Of a stretch of 64,000 bases of DNA, positions 36,954-46,400 are shown in pieces. Both the position numbers and the translations under genes were made by a program. The stretch's first letter is position 1, and every line of letters starts with the position of its first letter. Source of the DNA: an uncultured Paludibacter sp. (GTDB taxonomy: Bacteria; Bacteroidota; Bacteroidia; Bacteroidales; Paludibacteraceae); contig CAZIRA010000001.1 of assembly GCA_964541615.1 (NCBI GenBank), forward strand, positions 2,095 to 66,094, in the 5' to 3' direction. The notes beneath the pieces are model-generated. The model saw nothing but the letters and a program-made list of their open reading frames with translations, searched no databases and was not told where the DNA came from.

Positions 36954-38528
36954 ATGGTCATTCTGCATAAAAAATCACAGTTGGTGTTGGCTACATTTGG
37001 AAGCAGCATTTTAATTGTATCATGCTCCACTGCCAAAGAATATAATCAGTCGATTGAGAAACCGCTCAACATCATCTACATCATGTCTGACGACCACACA
37101 CGGCAGGCTATCAGTGCTTATTCTGACCGCTACGGACTCACTACTCCCAACATCGATAAAATTGCAGAAGAAGGTCTGATTTTCAATAACAGCTATGTAG
37201 CCAATTCCATTTCGGGACCCAGCAGAGCTTGTATGCTGACCGGAAAACACAGCCACAAAAATGGTTTTATGAATAACAGCAATCGGTTTGACGGCACACA
37301 GCAAACCATGCCAAAATTACTCCAACAAGCAGGATACCAAACGGCAATAGTGGGAAAATGGCACCTTTCTTCTGACCCTACCGGATTTGATTACTGGGAT
37401 ATACTGCCCGGTCAAGGTGACTATTATTCTCCTGTAATGTACACCAAAGACTCCAGAAGCACTTATCCGGGACGTTATGTTACCGATTTGATTACTGACA
37501 AAAGCATTGATTGGCTCGAACACAGGGATGCGGGTAAACCATTTTGTCTCTTTGTACATCACAAGGCAGTCCACCGCAACTTTATGGGAAATGTGTATGC
37601 AGATCTGATGGCTTTTGAAGGGAAAGAATATCTGTTGCCGGAAAATTTTCACGATGATTATAAAGGGAGGAATGCTGCCGCCGCACAAGAAATGACGATT
37701 TCAACACATTTTTCTTGGGAATATGATCTGAAAGTAAAAAGTCCTGACGGCACAGCTGCAATACATGATTTCGGTGGCTACAACAGGATGAATAAACTTG
37801 AAAAAGCCATTTGGGACAGCGTGTACAACCCTGTACAGCGTGAAATTAATGAGAAAAAACTTTCCGGAAAAGAACTGACCGAGTGGAAATATCAACGCTA
37901 CATTAAGGATTATCTAAAAACTGCAAAATCAATGGACGATAATATCGGACGGTTGATGCAGTACTTGAAAGAACATGACTTGCTGGAAAACACCATTATC
38001 GTATATACCTCAGACCAGGGGTTTTATATGGGCGAGCACGGCTGGTATGACAAACGTTTCATGTACGAAGAATCATTCAGCACACCTATGATTGTGCGTA
38101 TGCCGGAGCGATTTAATGCTAAAGGAGAAATTAATGAATTTGTTCAGAACATAGACCACGCTCCTACTTTTCTGGAAGTTGCACGTGTGAAAATCCCCGA
38201 AGACATTCAAGGTATTTCCTATTTGCCTCTTCTGAAAGGAAAGCATCCGAAAAACTGGCGTAAGTCGCTTTACTACCATTTCTATGAATATCCCGGAGAA
38301 CATGCGGTGAGAAGGCACTATGGAATCCGAAACGAACGCTATAAGCTGATTCATTTCTACGACGACATCGATGCATGGGAGCTTTACGATCTGAAAAACG
38401 ATCCTACGGAAATGAATAATCTGATAGACGACCCGAGCCGGAAAAAAACGATTCATGCGCTAAAAAAACAGCTTTGGAAATTGCAAAAGAAGTACGATGA
38501 CCCGATTAGAAATGAATTTCCATTGTAA
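36954..38528 (+). CDS. sulfatase (Ser-type formylglycine site), lipoprotein
   Basis: Lipobox LIVSC and sulfatase signature SISGPSRACMLTGK with Ser at the FGly position. I prefer ATG 36954 to the track's TTG 36924. Confidence 0.9.
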   Translation: MVILHKKSQLVLATFGSSILIVSCSTAKEYNQSIEKPLNIIYIMSDDHTRQAISAYSDRYGLTTPNIDKIAEEGLIFNNSYVANSISGPSRACMLTGKHSHKNGFMNNSNRFDGTQQTMPKLLQQAGYQTAIVGKWHLSSDPTGFDYWDILPGQGDYYSPVMYTKDSRSTYPGRYVTDLITDKSIDWLEHRDAGKPFCLFVHHKAVHRNFMGNVYADLMAFEGKEYLLPENFHDDYKGRNAAAAQEMTISTHFSWEYDLKVKSPDGTAAIHDFGGYNRMNKLEKAIWDSVYNPVQREINEKKLSGKELTEWKYQRYIKDYLKTAKSMDDNIGRLMQYLKEHDLLENTIIVYTSDQGFYMGEHGWYDKRFMYEESFSTPMIVRMPERFNAKGEINEFVQNIDHAPTFLEVARVKIPEDIQGISYLPLLKGKHPKNWRKSLYYHFYEYPGEHAVRRHYGIRNERYKLIHFYDDIDAWELYDLKNDPTEMNNLIDDPSRKKTIHALKKQLWKLQKKYDDPIRNEFPL

Positions 38529-38616
38529 ATAAGATGGCGAGTCACTAAAATGGGTTCAATGCCTGTTGATATTTAAGCTGATAGATTATTAATGTACTAT
38601 ATTACTCAATCAAATT

Positions 38617-40161
38617 ATGAAAACCCAAACAAAAATCTCCATAGCTGTGCTTGCTTTTGCTCCGCTGGCAGTATCTTGTGATAAGGAACCTGTTCTACCA
38701 AACGTAGTTCTCATCGTAGCTGATGATATCGGATATGGCGATATTGAGTGGCTTACAAGCCTGGAAACGGTAAAAACTCCCAATGTTAAGAAATTAGCCG
38801 ATAACGGCATCCGCTTTTCCAACGCATACAGCACATCTGCAACCAGCACGCCTTCACGCTTCGGTTTGTTTACCGGATCTTACCCCTGGCGTCTGGAAGG
38901 GACAGGAATTGCAGCAGGAGATGCTGCCATGATCATCAAACCCGAACAATACACCATGGGCGATATGTTCAAATCTGCGAACTACATCACTGGCGCAGTG
39001 GGAAAATGGCATCTGGGACTGGGGAATGAGGCAGGAAAGCAAAACTGGAACGGCGAAATAACTCCCGGACTGAAAGATATCGGATTTGATTATTCATTCA
39101 TCATGGCTGCCACATCTGACCGTGTTCCTTGCGTATATATTGAAAACGGGAAAGTTGTGAATCTTGATCTGAGTGACTCCATTCATGTAAGTTACACTCA
39201 AAATTTCCCCGGTGAACCTACTGGAAAAAATAATCCTGAAATGCTCCGCCTGCATCCATCTGATGGACACAACATGAGCATCGTGGACAGCATTCCGCGT
39301 ATCGGGTTTATGAAAGGCGGTATGTCTGCACGCTGGCACGATGAAAATATTGCTGATGATATTACAAATAAAGCCGTTCAATTTATCCAAAAAAACAAAG
39401 ACAACCCATTTTTCCTCTATTTCGGCACCAACGACATTCATGTTCCCCGAATGCCGCACGACCGTTTCAAAGGGAAAAGTGGAATGGGATTACGCGGAGA
39501 TGCTATTCTTTCATTTGACTGGAGCGTTGGCGAGATTCTGAAAACGCTTGAAGAACTTGGAATTGCTGAAAACACACTGATTATCCTCACCAGTGACAAC
39601 GGTCCGGTGATTGACGACGGATATAAAGATCGGGCAGTAGAACTGCTTGGGAACCATGCACCTTCAGCCAGTTTCAGAGGAGGGAAATATTCTTCATTTG
39701 AAGCTGGGACACGTGTTCCGTTCATCGTTAGCTGGGGTGATAAAATCAAAAAAACAGCCACATCCGGACAACTTATTTCACAAATTGATATTTTAGCGTC
39801 ACTTGCAAAAATCATTGGAGCACAAATTCCGCTTGCAACTGCTCAAGACAGCCAGGATTTTTCAGATCTGCTTATCGGTAAATCAAAAAAAGGAAGAGAA
39901 TGGATCATTCAACAGAATCAGTTTAATAAGCTTGCCATCCAAAATGTAGAAGGCTGGAAATACATTGAGCCCAGCAGTTACCCTGCATACAATCCAAACA
40001 CAAATATCGAGTTGGGAAGTTCTCCAAAAGAGCAACTCTATAATTTGAAAAACGATCCTGGAGAGAAAAACAATTTGGCTGAAAAAAACGAGAAAGAGCT
40101 TCATAACCTCCGGGACAGACTTACGTTAGAAAAGGCTAAAGGATATTTATTGGCGCATTAA
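38617..40161 (+). CDS. arylsulfatase-family sulfatase (Ser-type formylglycine site), lipoprotein
   Basis: 514 aa. Lipobox LAVSC, signature ATSTPSRFGLFTGS with Ser at the FGly position, and a metal-binding DDIGYGD motif. Confidence 0.9.
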   Translation: MKTQTKISIAVLAFAPLAVSCDKEPVLPNVVLIVADDIGYGDIEWLTSLETVKTPNVKKLADNGIRFSNAYSTSATSTPSRFGLFTGSYPWRLEGTGIAAGDAAMIIKPEQYTMGDMFKSANYITGAVGKWHLGLGNEAGKQNWNGEITPGLKDIGFDYSFIMAATSDRVPCVYIENGKVVNLDLSDSIHVSYTQNFPGEPTGKNNPEMLRLHPSDGHNMSIVDSIPRIGFMKGGMSARWHDENIADDITNKAVQFIQKNKDNPFFLYFGTNDIHVPRMPHDRFKGKSGMGLRGDAILSFDWSVGEILKTLEELGIAENTLIILTSDNGPVIDDGYKDRAVELLGNHAPSASFRGGKYSSFEAGTRVPFIVSWGDKIKKTATSGQLISQIDILASLAKIIGAQIPLATAQDSQDFSDLLIGKSKKGREWIIQQNQFNKLAIQNVEGWKYIEPSSYPAYNPNTNIELGSSPKEQLYNLKNDPGEKNNLAEKNEKELHNLRDRLTLEKAKGYLLAH

Positions 40162-40186
40162 ATAATGCTCAATACTAAAAACAGAA

Positions 40187-40222
40187 AAAGTTTATTGAAA
40201 TTGAATCAATAAACTTTTTTTA
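40187..40222. terminator. bidirectional terminator (sulfatase / zinc-ribbon membrane gene)
   Basis: AAAGTTTATTGA-AATTGAA-TCAATAAACTTT followed by TTTT. Confidence 0.8.
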
Positions 40223-40244
40223 TTTCAAAAAAACAACAATTAGA

Positions 40245-40823
40245 TTACAGTTTAACTATGGATTTGCTTTTTTCAATCAAATCTATCGGAAGCCCTAAAT
40301 CGCCCTTAACTAATTTTGCATTCAATTTATCCACATCAGGTTTTTTCACCAGCCATCCCCTGTTTTTCAAATCCATGATTACGTGGTAAAGATGAAACTG
40401 GGACTTTGGACGGATATAACCGTAAAATTGCCTGGTAATTATTTTATTTACTATTCGAAAGGCGATAAAACCTATCAAAAGGCTTGGGAGAAACGAAAAA
40501 ATAAATTTCAAAAATTCGGAATTATTTACATCAAAAATTGTATTGACACCATTTTGATAAAAAATCATGCTGTAAAAGACATAAAAAGACACAAGAAAAA
40601 CAGGAATTCCAAAAGTGAAAAGACCTTTCAGCGGTAACTTGCTGCACCGCCTGCATGAAGGGACTTTTACGCCAATTTCCAATACCGAAAATCCTGATTT
40701 TGCATGAGCATTTTTCACAACTTTATAAAGCGTATGTGTACTTTCAAAATCTTTCTCAGCGTAATTTTTGCTACAATGATGACATATGGGCAAACCATTG
40801 TAATCAATTTCTAAGACTTCCAT
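40245..40823 (-). CDS. hypothetical membrane protein with an N-terminal zinc-ribbon-like motif
   Basis: 192 aa. Two CxxC pairs (CHHC ... CRRC), then two hydrophobic segments and a basic C-terminal domain. Visibly more AT-rich than its neighbours. Confidence 0.5.
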   Translation of the reverse strand: MEVLEIDYNGLPICHHCSKNYAEKDFESTHTLYKVVKNAHAKSGFSVLEIGVKVPSCRRCSKLPLKGLFTFGIPVFLVSFYVFYSMIFYQNGVNTIFDVNNSEFLKFIFSFLPSLLIGFIAFRIVNKIITRQFYGYIRPKSQFHLYHVIMDLKNRGWLVKKPDVDKLNAKLVKGDLGLPIDLIEKSKSIVKL

Positions 40824-41041
40824 TTAATTTGTATTTATAATTTTTTGAAGACTTACAAGCTTAGGACATTTTCGCAAAAGTCAGTAATGGATTCAAAATT
40901 TTCATTCATAACATCTTATACAAAAAAAAACAATTTATCTTAGATAAATTAGTTCTTTCTAATATGCTGTATCAATTTCTGTTCCAAACTACATTTTATC
41001 TGGATATTTACAGTAAATAAAACTCCAGTAAACAAAAAAAT

Positions 41042-41085
41042 AAAAAAAAAAAAAATACTCCTTATTATTCAGGAGTATTTTTTAT
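41042..41085 (-). terminator. terminator of tdh with an unusually long T-tract (A14 on the plus strand)
   Basis: AATACTCCT-TATTATTC-AGGAGTATT hairpin. The 14-A run at 41042..41055 reads as a T-run on the minus strand. Confidence 0.8.
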
Positions 41086-41111
41086 TAATTTTGGATAAGG
41101 ATGTAAAATCA

Positions 41112-42137
41112 TTAATCCCAGCTCAGGATCACTTTTCCGCACAGACCGCTTTCCATGATTTCGAAGCCCTGCTGGAATTCGTCAATACTGAGGCGGTGCG
41201 TAATCACCGGAGTGAGGTCGAAGCCCGTGATGAGCATCTGCTCCATCTGGTACCACGTCTCCCACATCTCGCGCCCATAGATACCTTTAAGTGTCAACGC
41301 TTTGAAGATGATTTCGTTCCAATCGACGGTGGTATTATTGGGAAGGATGCCTAAAAGTGAGATTTTTGATCCATTGTACATATTGTCGATCATGTCTCTG
41401 AAGGCGGCGGGTGCTCCTGACATCTCCAGACCGACGTCGAAGCCGCGCATCTTGAGCTGTTTCATAGCTTCAGGTATAGTTTCACCCTTCGAGGGATTTA
41501 CTGTGACTGTTGCGCCCATTTTCCTGGCGATTGCCAGCCGGTAGTCGCTGAAATCGCTCACCACAATGTGCCTTGCTCCAGCAAAACGGCAGATTCCGGT
41601 AGCCATCGTACCAATCAGGCCTGCGCCTGTAATGAGCACGTCCTCACCTATCAGCGGAAAAGATAACGCCGTATGCGTTGCATTTCCGAACGGGTCCATA
41701 ATAGAGGCAATTTCGTCGGGGATGCGATTGTCCAGATGAACGACGTTTGCAGCTGGAAGTGAAAGGTACTCAGCGAATGCTCCGTCGCGGTTCACGCCTA
41801 TTCCGACGGTGTTTTCACAGACATGAAGTTTTCCTCTCCGACAGTTGCGGCAGTGTCCGCAGGCAATGTGTCCTTCGCCTGTTACACGGTCACCGATTTT
41901 CACATTCTGCACACCGGCGCCCTTTTCTACCACCACACCCACGTACTCGTGCCCAATGGTCATCGGAACGTTGATGGTCTTACGGGCCCAGTCGTCCCAC
42001 TTGTATATGTGCAGGTCGGTACCGCAGATGGAGGTCTTTTTTATTTTAATCAGGACGTCGTTGATTCCGACTGCAGGAACAGGAACGTCTTCCATCCAGA
42101 TGCCCTTCTCAGCTTTTGATTTTACTAATGCTTTCAT
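41112..42137 (-). CDS. tdh: L-threonine 3-dehydrogenase
   Basis: 341 aa Zn-dependent MDR enzyme with GHEYVGVV, a structural Zn cluster [15 protein letters not shown], and a TDH-like length and termini. Confidence 0.9.
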   Translation of the reverse strand: MKALVKSKAEKGIWMEDVPVPAVGINDVLIKIKKTSICGTDLHIYKWDDWARKTINVPMTIGHEYVGVVVEKGAGVQNVKIGDRVTGEGHIACGHCRNCRRGKLHVCENTVGIGVNRDGAFAEYLSLPAANVVHLDNRIPDEIASIMDPFGNATHTALSFPLIGEDVLITGAGLIGTMATGICRFAGARHIVVSDFSDYRLAIARKMGATVTVNPSKGETIPEAMKQLKMRGFDVGLEMSGAPAAFRDMIDNMYNGSKISLLGILPNNTTVDWNEIIFKALTLKGIYGREMWETWYQMEQMLITGFDLTPVITHRLSIDEFQQGFEIMESGLCGKVILSWD

Positions 42138-42309
42138 AAATTAAAGTTGATATTTTTATAGTCGAATATATCTAAAATTTTTTGTGTTAATTGCGAATTT
42201 TGTAAAGTTTCTTTTTTGAAAATATTTCTATTGGATTACAAATTTATAATTCTTTTCTTAAAGTATATATCTTTTTAGCATTAAATCTTTTTATCTAAAA
42301 TATTATTCG

Positions 42310-43788
42310 TTAACTTTCAATTTTGTATAACAAATAATCAAGTATTTTCTTCGCTTCATTCTCATCAATAAATGGGATTCTCAAACTATCCCAGCGTGTA
42401 GAAATCGATAAGGATGCTGTTTTACTTTGTTCCTGAAAAATGGATTGACGAAGTTTTACGCTTTGAATATTCCTGATTTTCAGCGTACTGATTTTATTGC
42501 CAAAAACTCCGGCTTTAACGCGAAGATATTGATTACCGATTTCGGCTTTACTTTTTTGGTATCGCAGCCAGGCTGCCACTCCTGTAAATACCAACAAAAA
42601 AGGAATTAAAAAAAGGAATTTGATATCATAAAATGCCAGGGCCGAAAATATGATAACAGGATATGACGAATAAAAATAGAGGTTTCTGAAAAAAAAATTC
42701 TTCTTTGAATGAATTTCAGAGAAATTATCTGAAGTTAATCCATGATAGATATTATTGGTTAATTCCGTGCTTTTTTGAAAACCCGGCATAAAAATCTGCA
42801 CCTCATTTTTGGATTTTTCGCCAAAACTTAGAAACTGATGAATTTTCAAGCTGGAAGTTTTCAGCAATTTTTCAAAAACATTCCTTGTTTCCTCAATGAC
42901 CTGAATTTTATCCAGGTTGATCAACTGCTGTATTTGTTTGACCAGTCCGGCGTTGTAAGCTATATTATTTTCGAATAATTTCACATTAAGGTTGTAATAT
43001 TTCATGCAGGTATGCACAATATTTATCAAAACGCTCACTATCAAAATCAGCACAAAAACAGTAGCCCAGAACATGAACGTTGCTCCATCCGGTACAAATG
43101 ACCAGGTGATTTCAAGCAGATTTTGCTGTATGCTTTCGCTTAATTGATTGAAAAACGTGAAAAATACAGCTAACATAATGCTTATCCCTTTCAGGTGATT
43201 CCGACTGATCGCAGCCAATAGAAGTTGACGGGTATCGTACTGATAATGATGTCTTAATTCCTGATCTTCAGCTGTTTCTATTTGCATAACTGCTTCATCA
43301 TCAGCATTGATCAGTTGAGTTTTCACACGAGATTGAATCAAAAATTCTTTCAGTTGATCGGAAGTTTCTAAATCAAGAAAAATCTCTAATTCATTCTTGT
43401 TGGATCCGGCTGTATCCACGCTCATGGTAGTAATATCCAGAATTTGCAGCCAAAATCCCTGCGTGTTGCTGATATTTTGAATTTTATGAAGCGGAATGCT
43501 CAAAGTCGTTTTCTTAAAAGCACCTTTTTTTACAATTAATTCATCGTCTTGCACCTTATAGGAAAAATTCAAATACATCAACACGCCTCTCAGTAAACCA
43601 AAAAACACAATTCCGATCAGAATAAATATTATCCGCCAAAACAAGCCCAGGGCAATATTTTTCGATAAAACAGCAATACCTATCAATCCCCAAAGTTCTT
43701 TCACGGCTCTTTTCATGCTGACTATAATCAGGTAGAAAACAGCCGAAAGTGGCAGTTTATTTTCTCGGGTAAAATCAGTTTGTGTCAT
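42310..43788 (-). CDS. YdbT-like membrane protein with repeated bacterial PH (bPH_2) domains
   Basis: 492 aa with alternating TM hairpins and PH-like modules. Overlaps the upstream YdbS-like gene by 14 nt. Confidence 0.6.
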   Translation of the reverse strand: MTQTDFTRENKLPLSAVFYLIIVSMKRAVKELWGLIGIAVLSKNIALGLFWRIIFILIGIVFFGLLRGVLMYLNFSYKVQDDELIVKKGAFKKTTLSIPLHKIQNISNTQGFWLQILDITTMSVDTAGSNKNELEIFLDLETSDQLKEFLIQSRVKTQLINADDEAVMQIETAEDQELRHHYQYDTRQLLLAAISRNHLKGISIMLAVFFTFFNQLSESIQQNLLEITWSFVPDGATFMFWATVFVLILIVSVLINIVHTCMKYYNLNVKLFENNIAYNAGLVKQIQQLINLDKIQVIEETRNVFEKLLKTSSLKIHQFLSFGEKSKNEVQIFMPGFQKSTELTNNIYHGLTSDNFSEIHSKKNFFFRNLYFYSSYPVIIFSALAFYDIKFLFLIPFLLVFTGVAAWLRYQKSKAEIGNQYLRVKAGVFGNKISTLKIRNIQSVKLRQSIFQEQSKTASLSISTRWDSLRIPFIDENEAKKILDYLLYKIES

Positions 43789-44293
43789 CTGTTTTTATTT
43801 TCTGAAGAATAAACTGTTTTATTTCGTCAGCACGCTCTCTGGAAATTCCTTTCAGCACAAAATTATTTTCATTTCCTGCAGCTGAGAACACCTCAAAAGA
43901 TGCCAATCCGAAAGCCCTGGAAAGCACGCCTTGCTCAACTGTAATGTGCTGAATGCGGTTAAACGGAACGATGATGTATTTTCTGAAAAACAATCCTCTC
44001 CGCAGGCAGACATCATTTTCACGAAGTGCATAACCCAGAAAATTGTAAATCCGATTAACCGAAAACAACATCACAAACATTAGAATCAGAAAAAACAACG
44101 CTGCTGTCAGCAGAATAACTCTTTGTTCAGGAATAAATATAGCTGCTGCAATTGAAACCAGCAGAGGAATTCCCCACAGAAGAATGTACTCACCGTACAG
44201 CACCTTTTTGTATTTTTCTTCAACGGGAACATACTGGATATCATCTGTTTTAGGAAGGAGTTCCAGGTCTATCTGGTCATTGGTGAAATTCAT
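43775..44293 (-). CDS. YdbS-like membrane protein with a single bPH_2 domain
   Basis: 172 aa with a TM hairpin followed by a PH-like module (VPFNRIQHITVEQGVLSRAFGLASF). Confidence 0.6.
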   Translation of the reverse strand: MNFTNDQIDLELLPKTDDIQYVPVEEKYKKVLYGEYILLWGIPLLVSIAAAIFIPEQRVILLTAALFFLILMFVMLFSVNRIYNFLGYALRENDVCLRRGLFFRKYIIVPFNRIQHITVEQGVLSRAFGLASFEVFSAAGNENNFVLKGISRERADEIKQFILQKIKTDDTN

Positions 44294-44410
44294 AATTCAG
44301 TGTTTTTATTGAAAATCAGAGTGTAAAATTACAATATTACAGTTTATGAAACAAGATATAGTTGAGGATAAATTGTAAGTTGAATTTAATTGACAAAAAA
44401 TGTTTTCTTG

Positions 44411-44457
44411 AAAAAACAAAAGCGACAATTAAGATCATAATCGTCGCTTTTGTTTTA
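44411..44457 (-). terminator. terminator of the GH109-like gene
   Basis: ACAAAAGCGAC ... GTCGCTTTTGT stem with a 16-nt loop, flanked by an A-run and a T-run. Confidence 0.6.
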
Positions 44458-44474
44458 GTTCTATATTTTCCAAT

Positions 44475-45899
44475 TTATTTGGCTAAGGCCTGACGGTATC
44501 CTTGAATATCATTCCAGTGTCCGCGTGTAAAATCCGGCACTTCTACAGGTGCATACCCATTCTCCAAAGAAATTTTTGAAAGAGGAACAAGGCAGCTCCA
44601 TTCTGCCAGGTCATATACGTCCATATCGAGAGGAAGTCCTTTGCGCAGGCAGTAAATAAGACGGTAATCCATGATAAAGTCCATCCCGCCGTGGGCTATT
44701 GCACCCAGTTTGTTAGCTGTTTCCTGCATTTCTTCAGTCAATATTGGGCTTTTGTATTTTTCCATTAAGTTCCTTCTTGCTTCATCCGGCATAAAGCTGT
44801 GGGCATCCAGTTTGAACAAATCGGGAGCCGCATTTTCCAACGTATTTCCCTGAAGGGCATATCCCTGACGTGGATATTTACTTGCATAACCGTTAGTTCC
44901 GGCAACATTGTACATACGAGAATAAGGTCTTGGAGTAGCTACATCGTGCTGGATATGAATGGTTTTTCCTTTTTCGGTACGGATAAATGTCATGGTATTC
45001 TGACCGTTCTGAAAATCGGCTACTTTTTCATTGAATTTCTTTTCAAGAAAATTAGGAATGCTTACAGCTTTGCTGTCCATGGAAACCAATACGTTCATCT
45101 TGTCGCCACGGTGAATGTCCAATGCCTGGCAAGCAGGTCCCATTCCGTGCGTTGGATACAAATCACCGCGTTGTTTACGGTTGTATTTCATTCTCCAATC
45201 ATTCTCGTAGGCATCCCAAAAAGCTTCAAGCTGGTGAATATAAGCACCTTCTGCATAAAGTACTTCTCCAAACACCCCTTTTTGGATCATATTCAAAGTT
45301 GTCAACTCAAAATTATCATACACACAATTTTCGAGCATCATGCAATGTTTCTGAGTTTTTTCTGCCGTATTGATAACTTTCCAGATTTCATCCATGGTCA
45401 TGGCACCCGGTACTTCTACCGCTACGTGTTTTCCTTTTTCCATGGCATAGATTGACATCGGAGCATGCGTACTCCAGTCGGTCACAATGTAAACCAAGTC
45501 AATGTCAGAGCGGTTGCAGAGCTCTTTCCAGGCATCGTAGCTTCCACTGTATGACGCAGCTTCAGGAAGTCCGTATTTTTTCAGGATGTTCTGAGCTTTC
45601 GCTACTCTATCCGGATGCAGATCGCAAAGAGCCTTGATTTCTACGCCCGGAATCTGTGTAAAACGTTCAACGGCACCGGGTCCGCGCATTCCAAGACCGA
45701 TAAAACCGACACGCACTTTTTCCATTTTTGGAGTAGTCAATCCTAATACATGTTTTTGCCCGGCAGGACGTTTAGGAACCTTTGTTTTTACCAAGTACTT
45801 GGATTTTGATTTGGTTTCTTTTGCTGATACTGAGGTGATGGTTCCAACTGAAAACAACACAACGAATAAAATCAGCAGATAACTTTTAAATGTGTTCAT
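44475..45899 (-). CDS. Gfo/Idh/MocA-fold NAD-dependent glycosidase-like oxidoreductase (GH109-like)
   Basis: 474 aa with a signal peptide and a Rossmann motif (GFIGLGMRGPG). Overall resemblance to alpha-N-acetylgalactosaminidase-type GH109 proteins. Confidence 0.7.
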   Translation of the reverse strand: MNTFKSYLLILFVVLFSVGTITSVSAKETKSKSKYLVKTKVPKRPAGQKHVLGLTTPKMEKVRVGFIGLGMRGPGAVERFTQIPGVEIKALCDLHPDRVAKAQNILKKYGLPEAASYSGSYDAWKELCNRSDIDLVYIVTDWSTHAPMSIYAMEKGKHVAVEVPGAMTMDEIWKVINTAEKTQKHCMMLENCVYDNFELTTLNMIQKGVFGEVLYAEGAYIHQLEAFWDAYENDWRMKYNRKQRGDLYPTHGMGPACQALDIHRGDKMNVLVSMDSKAVSIPNFLEKKFNEKVADFQNGQNTMTFIRTEKGKTIHIQHDVATPRPYSRMYNVAGTNGYASKYPRQGYALQGNTLENAAPDLFKLDAHSFMPDEARRNLMEKYKSPILTEEMQETANKLGAIAHGGMDFIMDYRLIYCLRKGLPLDMDVYDLAEWSCLVPLSKISLENGYAPVEVPDFTRGHWNDIQGYRQALAK

Positions 45900-46127
45900 T
45901 TCTGTAATTAAAGATTTATTATAAATGATTTAATTCAATTTTATTTTTTTTCTAAAAGCACAATTTCAAAAATACAATCTGTGAAGCTCATCTTACTGCT
46001 CTGACTCTGAGCAATTTTGAGTTATACTTCTTTCTTCAACTTTATGTCCCACTTTTCCAGCATTTTGAACTACAAAATTACCACTTTCTTTTCTAAATCG
46101 GAAAGAACTTTCAATATTTAAAATTTA

Positions 46128-46164
46128 AAGAAAAACTCCCCTGTTAACTCATGGTTAACAGGGG
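46128..46164 (-). terminator. terminator downstream of tRNA-Arg
   Basis: Perfect 11-bp stem CCCCTGTTAAC / GTTAACAGGGG followed on the minus strand by AGTTTTTCTTT. Confidence 0.8.
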
Positions 46165-46181
46165 ATTATCAATTTATGATG

Positions 46182-46255
46182 TGATCCCGGCGGGATTCGA
46201 ACCCACGACCCACAGCTTAGAAGGCTGTTGCTCTATCCAGCTGAGCTACGAGACC
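46182..46255 (-). tRNA. tRNA-Arg (anticodon UCU)
   Basis: The reverse complement GGTCTCGTAGCTCAGCTGGATAGAGCAACAGCCTTCTAAGCTGTGGGTCGTGGGTTCGAATCCCGCCGGGATCA folds as a cloverleaf. Acceptor stem 7 bp (2 G-U pairs), D stem GCTC/GAGC, anticodon stem ACAGC/GCTGT, loop CTTCTAA, T arm GTGGG-TTCGAAT-CCCGC. CCA is not encoded. Confidence 0.93.
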
Positions 46256-46281
46256 ATTTTTTCTTTCCTAAAAAAGCGTTG

Positions 46282-46289
46282 CAAAAGTA
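46282..46289 (-). promoter_or_regulatory. -7 box for tRNA-Arg
   Basis: Reverse complement TACTTTTG, ~26 nt upstream of the mature tRNA 5' end. Confidence 0.45.
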
Positions 46290-46363
46290 AGCCTATTTTT
46301 GGAAATATACAACACTTTCAGACAAAAACCTTTCGAACAGTAAATTTATTGGCAAAAAATAAG

Positions 46364-46371
46364 TAATTTTG
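46364..46371 (+). promoter_or_regulatory. -7 box for thrA
   Basis: TAATTTTG about 30 nt upstream of ATG 46401. Confidence 0.45.
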
Positions 46372-46400
46372 CCGTTTAGAACTAAACAGGATATATTAAA

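Noticed and set aside
41042-41055. The A14 homopolymer as a phase-variation tract.
   Set aside because: It is intergenic and serves as the T-tract of the tdh terminator on the minus strand. It is neither in a reading frame nor between promoter elements that I can identify. It is mentioned only within the orphan-gene finding.
46216-46224. The anticodon loop of the tRNA could be misread as CTA, implying an amber suppressor.
   Set aside because: With the 5-bp anticodon stem ACAGC/GCTGT, the 7-nt loop is CTTCTAA. U33 precedes the anticodon TCT, so this is an ordinary tRNA-Arg(UCU).
46128-46400. tRNA-Arg as an attachment site for an integrated element.
   Set aside because: I found no integrase, excisionase, direct repeat of the tRNA 3' end or compositional island on either side. 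The flanks are a GH109-like gene and thrA.
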